A stretch of DNA of 64,000 nucleotides. It comes from a virus (Duplodnaviria; Caudoviricetes). Shown in pieces: positions 18,799-27,747 of the stretch. The DNA lies in the IMG/VR virus record IMGVR_UViG_2899924645_000001, positions 1 to 64,000 of that record; one strand, given 5' to 3'. The notes beneath the pieces are model-generated. The model was given only the letters and a program-made list of their open reading frames with translations, was not told the DNA's origin and made no database searches. Within the stretch, counting starts at the first letter, position 1, and each line of letters opens with the position of its first letter. The translations under genes were made by a program, and so were the position numbers.

Positions 18799-19434
18799 CT
18801 ACTCGGCCGCGGGCGATTCAGTGGTCGAGGCGGCTTGCGCTTCGGCGGGCTCTTGCGCAGACCCCGCGGGCGGCGTTTCGAGCGGAGGGACGGAAAGGCT
18901 CGGCAGCAAGCCGGTCAGGGTTCGCTCCGACGGCTCGGCCATGGCGCCGGACTTCACGCGGTCGAGCAGTTCGTAGCAGGCGGCCCAAACCGCGGAGCGC
19001 CAGGCGCGCAGAGCGCGGCCTTCGTTTTGGAACTTGGGCACAGCGGGTTCCTCGGCGTAGGTCACCGCGGTCCTGATGTCGTCGTATCCGAGTGAGCGCG
19101 CCATCGCGTCCATGTATTCCTGCACATGGGCTCGTAGAGACGCAATGCGGTCATCGATGGTGGTCGGCGCAGGAGGGGGTGGCGGTGGAGGCACGACTGA
19201 CGGTTCAGGCTCGGGCATTGGCGGCAGCTGTTCCAAGGCCCACTTGCCGCGCACCATGCGAGCCCGCATGCCGCTGGGGATATGCGGCGGCGTGGTTTCG
19301 GTCGCCAAGGCGGGGTTGAGCAGCGCATAGACCGGCTTGCCAGTGCGCTCCGTCGCAACGGGATCGAGCGGGTGCACGGACTCGCCCACGAGGAATCCGC
19401 TTTCGGGATCGATCAGATAGATGGTCTTGGTCAT
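18799..19434 (-). CDS. Tail fibre assembly-like protein
   Basis: Directly downstream of fibre gene; MARSLGYDDIRTAVTYA..FQNEGRALRAWRS. Confidence 0.65.
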   Translation of the reverse strand: MTKTIYLIDPESGFLVGESVHPLDPVATERTGKPVYALLNPALATETTPPHIPSGMRARMVRGKWALEQLPPMPEPEPSVVPPPPPPPAPTTIDDRIASLRAHVQEYMDAMARSLGYDDIRTAVTYAEEPAVPKFQNEGRALRAWRSAVWAACYELLDRVKSGAMAEPSERTLTGLLPSLSVPPLETPPAGSAQEPAEAQAASTTESPAAE

Positions 19435-19450
19435 GGGGTGGGTGTCCAGG

Positions 19451-20581
19451 TCAGTAGCTGATCCACGCCGGGAAGGCCACGTTGCGGGGGCGCGCCTCCG
19501 AGCCATCCGAGTTGATCGAAATGCCCGTGCCGCTGTTGTTGAGCCAGATGCCGGTCTTCCGTGAATCGATGCCGACGTTGTGCGCATGGGCGCCGTCGTA
19601 GTTGATGGGCCTCGGCGAGTCGATGCTGAAGTCGGAGTACTGCCCCGTTCCACGGTCCGAGTCCGCCACGTTCTGCGGGACTTGCATGCCGTGGTTGTGC
19701 GCCCCTTGTGAGTCGGTCCAGCCGCCGTGCACGTGGCCGGGATCGTTCACGAAGTGGCCGTGGCCGGGGTCCGTAACGCCGTGGGTGTGGGCGGCGTTGC
19801 TGCCGGCCTCGGCTGAGCGCAGCACGCGCGAGGCATTGACGCCTCGTCCGTTGTCCAGGCATCGGATGAACTCGCCGCGAAGATCCACGAGAGAGAACGT
19901 GCCGGAGCCGGAGAGTCCCAGCCGCGCGACCAAGTCGGGGTAGTTGGCCTGCTCATAGCTCACGTCGGCGCGCACGGGCAGATAGCCGGGAATGCTCGAC
20001 GGGTTGTCGTAGCTGTACAGCAGCATGCCGGGCTGATGCCAGGGCGCGCGCACGTAGGCGGTGCCGTTCCAGACCATTTGCCGGATATGCGGGGTCTGCA
20101 CCGTGATGACGGGGCCGATGTTCACGGCGGGGACGGCGACGATGGGACCGCGGAACGCATACATCGGATGCGGGTCCGGGTCCGCGAAGTGAGCGGCGAG
20201 ATCCGCGTCGGTGGCGTACTGAGGATGCGGATTGACCTTGGCCTCGTGCGCGGCCGTCGAGTCGCTGAGTGCCGCATTCAGCTCGGCCGCGGTGTGGCCC
20301 CAGCGCGTCCATTTCGTCGCGTCGCTGCCGGGCGGGACGTTGAGGCTGTCGCCAACGCTGCGCCACGTGGTGCCGGCGTAGCTGACATAGGCCACATTGG
20401 CGGGGTAGCTCAAGGCCGGGTCCCACGGCGTGACGTTGCGCACACGCAGGTAGCGGGTGCGGTTCGCCAGCTCGCGCGGCGGGCGGTTGTCGATGCCCGA
20501 GGGGCCACCGAGGACCGGGTCATCTTCCTCGATCTGGTAGATGCCGGTTTCCCACTGGTCGGTTTCGTTGAGATTGGCCAT
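19451..20581 (-). CDS. Tail fibre protein
   Basis: N-terminal WETGIYQIE..PVLGG anchor; collar DLRGEFIR; HxH repeats. Confidence 0.85.
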   Translation of the reverse strand: MANLNETDQWETGIYQIEEDDPVLGGPSGIDNRPPRELANRTRYLRVRNVTPWDPALSYPANVAYVSYAGTTWRSVGDSLNVPPGSDATKWTRWGHTAAELNAALSDSTAAHEAKVNPHPQYATDADLAAHFADPDPHPMYAFRGPIVAVPAVNIGPVITVQTPHIRQMVWNGTAYVRAPWHQPGMLLYSYDNPSSIPGYLPVRADVSYEQANYPDLVARLGLSGSGTFSLVDLRGEFIRCLDNGRGVNASRVLRSAEAGSNAAHTHGVTDPGHGHFVNDPGHVHGGWTDSQGAHNHGMQVPQNVADSDRGTGQYSDFSIDSPRPINYDGAHAHNVGIDSRKTGIWLNNSGTGISINSDGSEARPRNVAFPAWISY

Positions 20582-21159
20582 CAGGCGCTTCCGTGGTTGT
20601 AGGCGCCGTCACGTCGGGTGGCGCCGTTGTGGCTGTTGGCGACCGATGCGTAGCGCAGCGCGACCAGATGGCAGCGCGCCGGCGCGACGGACGGCAGGAG
20701 CTTGCGCAGGCGCTCGGCCTGGGCATTGGTGATGGGGCGCTGCAGCGCGACCATGTAGGTCGCCCAGGAGCTGGCGAGCGAGGCGTGGGGATAGACGCCG
20801 TTGCGGCGGAACGTGCCGTCGTGGGTGCGACCGCCAATGCGCTCGATGATGTCCACCTCGCCGAAGCCCAGCGAGCGGATCAGCAGGCGGATCGCCCAGG
20901 GCGTGCCTTTGTGCCGATGGATCTCGATCGAGTTCAGGATCAGCGCACGTTTGGCGTCGTCGGAGCGGGCGTCCTGCCATGCCTCCACGGAGAGCGTCCA
21001 CGAGAGCCATGGCAGCAGCGGCGCGAGGCAAAGCATGGCCGTCCACAGGTGCCGCAGGCCATCGGTGTCCAGATCCAGCGGTGACGCGCCCGCGAGCGCC
21101 AGCTCCAGCGGCGTGCGGTTGGGCGGCAGCAAGCGCTGCGAAGGGGCGAGGCTAGACAC
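20581..21159 (-). CDS. I: Tail protein I
   Basis: LLPPNRTPLE..LPWLSWTLSV..HRHKGT. Confidence 0.93.
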   Translation of the reverse strand: MSSLAPSQRLLPPNRTPLELALAGASPLDLDTDGLRHLWTAMLCLAPLLPWLSWTLSVEAWQDARSDDAKRALILNSIEIHRHKGTPWAIRLLIRSLGFGEVDIIERIGGRTHDGTFRRNGVYPHASLASSWATYMVALQRPITNAQAERLRKLLPSVAPARCHLVALRYASVANSHNGATRRDGAYNHGSA

Positions 21160-22048
21160 GGACTACCTCTTCGAGGATGTTGATGGCCGTCACGCGAACC
21201 CACTGGGTTTTCGTGCACAGGATGTCCGTCGGCGGCTGCGTGATCTCGACACGGTCGACACCCGGCTGATGGAGCGCGGCGTCGATGCCGGAGTGAGGCA
21301 AGCCCTTGCCGAGCTTGCGGATCTGCTTGAGCCACTTCGCCAGCGCCGCCTCGCCGTTCTCGACGGCCACCTCGCCCGCAGGCCCTTCGTAGCGATACAC
21401 CTTCGCTGTGATGGCGGTCTCGAAGATCTCCGCACCCTGCACAGGCACGCTGTCGCAAAGCGGGCGGATCTTCTCGGCGTTGAGCGCAGCGCTCACGGTG
21501 TTGAGCAGCGCTTCGGAGGCAACGCCGCTCGCGGACGTAGAAAGCACCGTGACGCGCACGGTTCCGGGGAGTGGGCTGTCGACCTGCGCGTCGGCCACCT
21601 CGGCACTGGCCGTGAGGGCGTGATAGCGATAGCTTTCCGTCGGGCCTGCCGTTGTGATGCCTTCGGGCGCGAGTTGGATGCGCTCGCGGAAGCGTTCGTC
21701 GTCTTCGTAGACGGCCTCGACCGGCGGCACCGCGTCAGGGTCGGCCGGCGTGACCAGCAGGCGGGAAACCCGATAGTTCGCGCCGAGGTTGTCGAGGTCC
21801 GTCTTCGTCGCGTAGGCGAGCATGCAGGCCTTGGCCGCATCGTTGATGCGCTGGCGCATTTCCAGCTCTTGGTAGGCCTGCACCTGCAGCAGCTTCATCG
21901 CCGGATCGGATTCGAGCAACAGCGTGTAGTCGAAGCCGACCTTTCTGCATTCGTCCTTAAAGAGCGCAACCCGCTTGGCGAGGATGGCCTCGTAGTCCAG
22001 CGTTTCGATGACGGCCGGCGCGGGCAGCAGCGACATGTCCAGGCTCAT
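21152..22048 (-). CDS. J: Baseplate protein J
   Basis: LPAPAVIETLDYE..ESDP..TAGPTESY. Confidence 0.93.
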   Translation of the reverse strand: MSLDMSLLPAPAVIETLDYEAILAKRVALFKDECRKVGFDYTLLLESDPAMKLLQVQAYQELEMRQRINDAAKACMLAYATKTDLDNLGANYRVSRLLVTPADPDAVPPVEAVYEDDERFRERIQLAPEGITTAGPTESYRYHALTASAEVADAQVDSPLPGTVRVTVLSTSASGVASEALLNTVSAALNAEKIRPLCDSVPVQGAEIFETAITAKVYRYEGPAGEVAVENGEAALAKWLKQIRKLGKGLPHSGIDAALHQPGVDRVEITQPPTDILCTKTQWVRVTAINILEEVVRV

Positions 22049-22389
22049 GCGCCTCCCGCAACAGTGACGGTGAAGGTGGTGCTGTCGACGCTATTGGTGT
22101 CGCGACGCACGATGTGCAGCTGGCACTTGCCCTGTGCGGTGAAGGCGACGCGCACGCTCAGCAGGCGGGTGCGTGGCTCCCACTTCATGATGGCCTGGGC
22201 GGTCGCCGCGATGAGGCGCAGGCGATTCGCCGCGGTGGCCGGGTGGTCGACCATCTGCGGCAGGTAGCTGCCGTAGTTGCGGCGCATCAGGCGCGTGCGG
22301 ATGGGCGTCGTCAGGATGTCATTGATGGACTGCGCGATGTGCTCTCGGCGCGTGAGCACCTTGCCTGTGGCCCTTGAGATCCCGCTCAT
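22045..22389 (-). CDS. W: Baseplate wedge protein W (gp25-like)
   Basis: HIAQSINDILTTPIRTRLMRRNYGS..WEPR. Confidence 0.9.
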   Translation of the reverse strand: MSGISRATGKVLTRREHIAQSINDILTTPIRTRLMRRNYGSYLPQMVDHPATAANRLRLIAATAQAIMKWEPRTRLLSVRVAFTAQGKCQLHIVRRDTNSVDSTTFTVTVAGGA

Positions 22390-23141
22390 GCCACTGCACC
22401 GCCTGCAGTACGCCCGCCTGCGTCCTGCTCGATGTGGCCATGGCCTTGCACGCTGATATCGCCGGCGACGATGTCGCCGCCATCGGTCGTGATGCCATGG
22501 CCGTTGATGAAGGTCATGTCGCCGTCGATCTCGGCAGTCTTGCCGCCTGGGCCGGCGCCAGACCCAGCCATGCCCGCGGTAAAGGTGAACAGACCTTGCA
22601 CCAGCAGCTGGCCGGTGGCGATGGTCTTCGGGGCGTCGAGCGTGATCTGCTGCGAGTGCACCTTCGCGCTCTCGCTGGCCGTCACGTCGGCCGTCTTGCA
22701 TTTCACGGTGATCGCGTCGGGAACCTCGATGTCCGCGGTGCCGGCGGCGGGCAGCGTGACCTTGAGCTTGTGGGCGGCGTGGTCGTACTCCACGACGGCG
22801 CCGTCGGGGTACTTCGTGACGGTCTTGTTGGGGTCGGAGCTGGGCGCGGGGTGGCTCTCGGTGGGCAGGCCCGGCAGCGCGTAGCCGCCCTCGGTCATTC
22901 CATTGGGGGAGAGGAACAGCACGCACTCTCCAACGGTCGGCGGGTTCCATGTGCCGGTTTTGCCTGCTCGCAGTTCGACGTAGGGCCGCCAGTCGGTGCT
23001 GCCCTTCTCTGTGAGCTGCACGCGCACGAGCGGCGGAGTGGCGCTGTGGTCCACGTCGGTGATGGTGCCCATGCGAACGACGTTCGCCATCTGGCGTTGC
23101 AGGTCGGCAAAAAGTTGCGGCGATTCGGTTGGTCCGGGCAT
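22386..23141 (-). CDS. V: Baseplate spike protein V
   Basis: NVVRMGTI..WNPPTVGE..YPDGAVVEYD; C-terminal HxH. Confidence 0.92.
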   Translation of the reverse strand: MPGPTESPQLFADLQRQMANVVRMGTITDVDHSATPPLVRVQLTEKGSTDWRPYVELRAGKTGTWNPPTVGECVLFLSPNGMTEGGYALPGLPTESHPAPSSDPNKTVTKYPDGAVVEYDHAAHKLKVTLPAAGTADIEVPDAITVKCKTADVTASESAKVHSQQITLDAPKTIATGQLLVQGLFTFTAGMAGSGAGPGGKTAEIDGDMTFINGHGITTDGGDIVAGDISVQGHGHIEQDAGGRTAGGAVA

Positions 23142-23188
23142 GCGCCCAATGTGCCGAAACGCTCTCGCGTGCGCGAGCGAAGGCAACG

Positions 23189-23205
23189 GTGCATGCCGCG
23201 GGCAC
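23189..23205. promoter_or_regulatory. Candidate Ogr-type late promoter dyad upstream of V
   Basis: GTGC-N9-GCAC, 48 nt from the V start; related copy upstream of P. Confidence 0.45.
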
Positions 23206-23235
23206 TGAAGGGGCGTTGCGCGGCGCCCTCGAATG

Positions 23236-23739
23236 TCAGCCGTTGGCGGTGACGTGGTGCAGCAGGATGTCGGTGACGGCGTCTTCGTCCGCTGGTGTGA
23301 AGCCCAGCAGCTCGCGCTTCGGATACTGCACGGTCGGGCTGTTCGGCTTGCGCCAATCGACCTTGTCGCGCAGGCCGCGCTGGTGCACGCGGGCGATGCG
23401 GGCGGACTTTTCGCCGATGTAGATCGTGGCGCTACCGGCCGTTGCCGCCTTGCGCAGATACTGCGCGGTCCTCAGTTTTTCGAACATCTTGCGGCGGATC
23501 TCACCTTTCTTGTTTCGCAGCTGCTTGCGCGGCTTCCTGGGCTCGTAGGGCGTACCGTCCGGGTTGAGCTGCGCTCCGATGCGTTCCGCCTGGCTCCGCC
23601 GAAGGTAGGTCGAGATCTGCACCATGGCCGCGCGCCGGCGCTCGGGCGAAAGGCCGGCCATCAGTGGCGCGGCCCAGTTCGCGAGGCGGTTGAGCGCATC
23701 GGCCACGGTCAGCTTTCGTCCAGCGGGTGGATGCGCCAC
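23236..23739 (-). CDS. S: Virion morphogenesis/tail completion protein S
   Basis: RIGAQLNPDGTPYEPRK..ARVHQRG..RELLGF. Confidence 0.9.
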   Translation of the reverse strand: MAHPPAGRKLTVADALNRLANWAAPLMAGLSPERRRAAMVQISTYLRRSQAERIGAQLNPDGTPYEPRKPRKQLRNKKGEIRRKMFEKLRTAQYLRKAATAGSATIYIGEKSARIARVHQRGLRDKVDWRKPNSPTVQYPKRELLGFTPADEDAVTDILLHHVTANG

Positions 23740-24194
23740 TCCGCTTCAAGGTCGAGAATCGATTCGACTGGCTCGGCACCAGCGAGCACGGGCTCGCCGA
23801 TGTGCCGGGTCGTGAGCCGGTTGACGCCGTCGACGGTGCCGCCTTGAACGGCGACGGTCTCGGTGAGGTCGATCTCGAAGCCGATGTCGGACGTGGCGTG
23901 ATCGATGATCTCCACCTCGAAGCGAAAGGCCTTCGCGCGTCGCTCGGGGTTCTCGAAGATGTCGGGCTGATTGCACTTGAGCCAAGCCACGACGGGCACG
24001 ACGATCACGTCGGTGCTGCCGCTCCAGTCCGTCACGACGATATTCAGCGTATACCGGTACTCGAAGGACAGCGCCGGCGTGCCCGTGTGGACGATGTTGC
24101 CGCGCTCGATGAAGACCGTGAGCTTTTCCGGGTTGGTGGCCAGCTCCGGACAGGCGCGGGTGATGTGGTCGCGCAGCAGCTGCGGCTTCTTCAT
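23709..24194 (-). CDS. R: Tail completion protein R
   Basis: MKKPQLLR..NPEKLTVFIERG..SFEYRYTL. Confidence 0.92.
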   Translation of the reverse strand: MKKPQLLRDHITRACPELATNPEKLTVFIERGNIVHTGTPALSFEYRYTLNIVVTDWSGSTDVIVVPVVAWLKCNQPDIFENPERRAKAFRFEVEIIDHATSDIGFEIDLTETVAVQGGTVDGVNRLTTRHIGEPVLAGAEPVESILDLEAEWRIHPLDES

Positions 24195-24197
24195 GGT

Positions 24198-24731
24198 TCA
24201 GTGCTCGTTCGCCTCGGCGGCTAGGGCGTCGCCGAAGAGGGCGCGGTCGGCGCGGATGATGTCGGCAAGGAGCTGGATTCGCTGATCGCGGTCGACAAGA
24301 TCCGCGCGGAGCTGTTCAGCCACGCGTCGACCCTCTGCAAGGCTGGCGTCGAGTCGGGCTGCATGGCTTGCAAGACGGTCGCGCTCAGCTGCGCCGGCCT
24401 TGGACATAGCGAGGTACTGAGCGGCCCGCCCTTCGGCGGCGCGCTGCAGGCGCTCAGCATCAGCGATGCGAGCAGCGCCATCGACAGCAGCAGGCGCTTG
24501 TACGGCGTGGAAGTCGTCGACGGCGCGGGTGACGCTGTTGGCATGGCCTTGTTCCTTGGTTCGGGAGGTGTTGGTCTCTTCGAGAGCAGCAGTGGCTCGG
24601 CTCTTCGTGTCGCTGTCCCACGCCTGCTGTACCCGTGCGGCGCCGTGCTCATCGCCGACCCAGTACGAGGGCAAGGCCGAGGCAGCGGCGATCAACACCG
24701 CGGCCGCTAGGGCGATCAGCGCGGATTTCAT
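24198..24731 (-). CDS. Inner-membrane spanin (Rz-like)
   Basis: N-terminal TM helix then coiled coil; directly after endolysin. Confidence 0.75.
   Translation of the reverse strand: MKSALIALAAAVLIAAASALPSYWVGDEHGAARVQQAWDSDTKSRATAALEETNTSRTKEQGHANSVTRAVDDFHAVQAPAAVDGAARIADAERLQRAAEGRAAQYLAMSKAGAAERDRLASHAARLDASLAEGRRVAEQLRADLVDRDQRIQLLADIIRADRALFGDALAAEANEH
24221..24544 (-). CDS. Outer-membrane spanin lipoprotein (Rz1-like), embedded in Rz
   Basis: Lipobox LMLSA-C in an alternative frame fully inside Rz; Pro-rich. Confidence 0.75.
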   Translation of the reverse strand: MPTASPAPSTTSTPYKRLLLSMALLASLMLSACSAPPKGGPLSTSLCPRPAQLSATVLQAMQPDSTPALQRVDAWLNSSARILSTAISESSSLPTSSAPTAPSSATP

Positions 24732-25348
24732 GAGGTGGACAGCAGGGCTTCGAGCGCCCGATTGCACCGCTCGACACGGTCGCTGCGGCCGGCCATTGCT
24801 GCGCCGTTGATGCTGCGCGTGATGGCATCGAGCTGCCATCGGTCGGCGAGGGCGTTGAGGCCATTGGCCTTCCAGTACCACGCGCCGACCAGCACAGCGG
24901 CTTCCGGGTCCGCGACACGGTCCGGGTTCTGTTCAAGCGGAATGCCCAGGGCAGAGGCTGCCGTTCGATAGTTGCCGCGACCGGTGAGGTGCGGGAGGCC
25001 TCGGCCGCGGTAGTTCCAACCATCGCCGCTGGCTTCGCTGCCGTTGCCGTTCCGGTTGGCATAGACCCTGTTCGCGAGCGCCTTGGGCTGGCGCGTGAAG
25101 GCTCGCGCTTTCTCCACCTCGCGCAACGCGGAGAACATCTGCGCGATGCGTGCGGGGTCGGTGTAGTAGAGGTTTTCTTCCAGGCGAGTGAACCCGCTGG
25201 TTTCGTGGCTGTACTGGCCGATGAAGGCGGCCATCCGCCGGGGCGTGTCGATCTCGAACCGATCGAACGCGGCGATCAGGTGTGGCAGCAAGACACGTGC
25301 GACGGTCGGCGTGATGCCGGCGGCAATGAGCTGGGGCAGGTTGAGCAT
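24728..25348 (-). CDS. Endolysin, glycoside hydrolase family 19
   Basis: AAFIGQYSHETSGF..LEENL..YRGRGLPHLTGRGNY. Confidence 0.9.
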   Translation of the reverse strand: MLNLPQLIAAGITPTVARVLLPHLIAAFDRFEIDTPRRMAAFIGQYSHETSGFTRLEENLYYTDPARIAQMFSALREVEKARAFTRQPKALANRVYANRNGNGSEASGDGWNYRGRGLPHLTGRGNYRTAASALGIPLEQNPDRVADPEAAVLVGAWYWKANGLNALADRWQLDAITRSINGAAMAGRSDRVERCNRALEALLSTS

Positions 25349-25355
25349 GGCGGCT

Positions 25356-25865
25356 TCAGGTCTTGGCGATGGTGTCGGCGCTGGCCGTTTGTTCGGGCGC
25401 GGTGGCCACGGGTGCCGGCACGCGCGGGACGCCGATGCCGGCGCGGATCTCGGCGGCGAGTTCGCCGATATCGCGATCCTTGCGGCGCTCCAGCCACAGA
25501 AAGACCGCGGCCACGATCCACGGCCCGGGAATGCTGCAGAGCACGAACACGCAGCCGGTGATCACGAAGAAGCCGGCCTCGGGCGGGAAGGTGGCAAGCC
25601 GGGCGAGTGCGGCGCCAGCGGTGAAGACGTCGGGCTTGTGCTGCATGAGCAGCACGAGGGCGATGGTGCCCAGGATGAACGAGCTGGCCAGGCAACCCAT
25701 GACGCGATTGATGAGGTCGTTCCACGCCTGCCCGGGACGCAGTGGCACGAAACGGATGCCGAGCCAGAAGGCGATCAGGCTCGCAATGACGGGCAGCGAG
25801 AGCAGGGCCAGCTTGTAGCCTGCAGCGGTGCCGGCGGCTGCGGCGGTGGTGGTGGGCTCGGTCAT
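25356..25865 (-). CDS. Holin-like membrane protein
   Basis: Three hydrophobic segments; between X and endolysin. Confidence 0.65.
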   Translation of the reverse strand: MTEPTTTAAAAGTAAGYKLALLSLPVIASLIAFWLGIRFVPLRPGQAWNDLINRVMGCLASSFILGTIALVLLMQHKPDVFTAGAALARLATFPPEAGFFVITGCVFVLCSIPGPWIVAAVFLWLERRKDRDIGELAAEIRAGIGVPRVPAPVATAPEQTASADTIAKT

Positions 25866-25906
25866 GGTGTGGTGTCGTAGGGTTGAAGTGGGCATGGCGA
25901 TGTCTC

Positions 25907-26119
25907 CTAGTCCCAGAGCTGCACGGTGTCGATGCGGGCAGCATTGGCGGGGAGGTCTGGCAGCACGATGGCGAGGCCAATCGGAAGGATCGGTCCCAGG
26001 TCTGCGAGGCCGGGATTCATTCGGTACGTTGCCTCGGTGACGCCCGCCGTTGCGCCGAGGTGACGCAGGCACAGCAGATCCACCGTGTCGTGCTGCTGGG
26101 TGACAACGGTCCGCGGCAT
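25907..26119 (-). CDS. X: Tail protein X
   Basis: QHDTVDLLCLRHLG..NPGLADLGPILP..VQLWD. Confidence 0.92.
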   Translation of the reverse strand: MPRTVVTQQHDTVDLLCLRHLGATAGVTEATYRMNPGLADLGPILPIGLAIVLPDLPANAARIDTVQLWD

Positions 26120-26121
26120 GG

Positions 26122-26619
26122 CTAGATCAGCTCGACGGTCAGGCGCGAGGCGCCCAGGATGTCGCGCACTGCCCAGGTGGCATCGCGGCGGTGGTGCTCG
26201 GCCTGGTCCTCGCGGGCTTCGTCCTGATCCTTGCGGCGCTCGCGCCCGGTGGTGTCGTAGTCGCTGTAACGCTCGATCAGGTTGGCCTTGGCATAGCAGT
26301 GCACAGCGCGGCGAAAGCGCTGCACGTTGATCGACTCGCCGTCGACCTTCAGGGCGGGTACCGCGGCCAGCGAGGCGTGGCCTTCGTCCTCGCGGCTCTT
26401 CGCCCAGGTGGCGAGCTGGCCGACGGTGGCCGCGACCGCCTCCTGCACTGCCGGTAGCAGTCGCTGGGGCGTGATGGTGCCGTCGAGCCGCATGGCGTCG
26501 CGCAGGGCCGCGAGGTCGATCTCGGGCCACCATGCGCCAGCGGACACCTTGCCCAGCGGCGCCGGGTCGCTGGGCGGTGTGGTGCGCACGAGGGGCGGGG
26601 CTGCAGCGATGAGGGACAT
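26122..26619 (-). CDS. L: Head completion protein L
   Basis: WWPEIDL..RLDGTIT..LIERYSDYDTT. Confidence 0.9.
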   Translation of the reverse strand: MSLIAAAPPLVRTTPPSDPAPLGKVSAGAWWPEIDLAALRDAMRLDGTITPQRLLPAVQEAVAATVGQLATWAKSREDEGHASLAAVPALKVDGESINVQRFRRAVHCYAKANLIERYSDYDTTGRERRKDQDEAREDQAEHHRRDATWAVRDILGASRLTVELI

Positions 26620-26658
26620 GGTCGGTCTCGGGCTTGAGGTCTCTGGCTCGGTATAGGT

Positions 26659-26721
26659 GGGCGGTGGCCGTGGCGCGTTGTGGTGATGGCTCAGCCTTTC
26701 ACGCAGCGCCACGGGCCGCCC
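26659..26721. other. GC-rich inverted repeat between M and L
   Basis: GGGCGGTGGCCGTGGCGC ... GCGCCACGGGCCGCCC. Confidence 0.4.
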
Positions 26722-26745
26722 GGCACGCGGGGGTGCTCGGTTGCG

Positions 26746-27666
26746 CTACTTCGCGGCGGCGCGCTTGCGCGCGGGGGCCGTGGATTTCCTCGCCGGTGCC
26801 GCGTTCTTGTGGCTGCTGGCCGGCGAGGCCGTAGCGGGTTGTTCGGGTGGGGCGGCGGTCGACGCCTCGGCTGTCGGCTCGACGCTCGCGCCGGCCTTGT
26901 TGAGCGCGCGCTCGACGCGCTCGATGTCCTTTTTCACGCCGGCATTGCTGTCCAGCTCCAGGGCACGCTGCAGGCGCGCAAGGGCCAGCGACAGCGCCCC
27001 CGGCTCGATTGCGGAAAGGTCAGGCTCTTCGGCCGTCTGCACCTTGCCGAGCGCCGCGTAGGCAATGGCCTTGTGCAGCTTGGCGCGTGCTTGGTCGGGC
27101 GCATCCTGCTCGGCCGTCAAGGTGTCGGCCTCGATGAGCAGCGTGGCCGCTTGCGCCCGTGTGCGGGCGGGATCATCGTCGAGCGTTATGGGCGCCAGAT
27201 GCCGCACGTTCTCGGCGTCGAGCTGCACGAACAGGGGCGACCATTGGCCCTTCAGGTAGGCATTGGCCAGTTCATCAATCACGATGGCGGCCGGGCTGCG
27301 CTTGTAGTCGTCGGCCATGGCCATGCGATGGCGGATGACATAGGCCGCGATGTCCAGGCCCAGGCGGTAGGCGCCGGCGTCGAACGCCCACACCATCACC
27401 GTGGTGAGCACCTGATCCACGGCGCCCCGGCCCGTGTCGAGCGAGGTGTAGATCCAGTCGAAGTATTCCGGCAGCAGCCGGGCCTTCATTTCGGCGCGGC
27501 GCTCGTGCGACTGGATCTGCGACAGGCGGTTCTTGTCCTGCGAGAGCTTGACGCGCATGAGGCCGTAGGCATCGCCCTGCAGCTCGACGCCGTAGGGGCT
27601 GGCGGCCTGGGCCTGTTCTTGCAGAACGCGCGCGCGGTGGCGCTGTGCGGGGCTGAGTGGGCGCAT
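26746..27666 (-). CDS. M: Terminase endonuclease subunit M
   Basis: SPAQRHR..KARLLPEY..WAFDAG..GVKKDIE. Confidence 0.92.
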   Translation of the reverse strand: MRPLSPAQRHRARVLQEQAQAASPYGVELQGDAYGLMRVKLSQDKNRLSQIQSHERRAEMKARLLPEYFDWIYTSLDTGRGAVDQVLTTVMVWAFDAGAYRLGLDIAAYVIRHRMAMADDYKRSPAAIVIDELANAYLKGQWSPLFVQLDAENVRHLAPITLDDDPARTRAQAATLLIEADTLTAEQDAPDQARAKLHKAIAYAALGKVQTAEEPDLSAIEPGALSLALARLQRALELDSNAGVKKDIERVERALNKAGASVEPTAEASTAAPPEQPATASPASSHKNAAPARKSTAPARKRAAAK

Positions 27667-27747
27667 GGTGGTGTTCCGGGCTGGTGAGGAGGGCGCGGGG
27701 CCGAGTGCGGCCCGCGCGCGGTCTTTCGTCAGACTTTTGGCGCGGGC

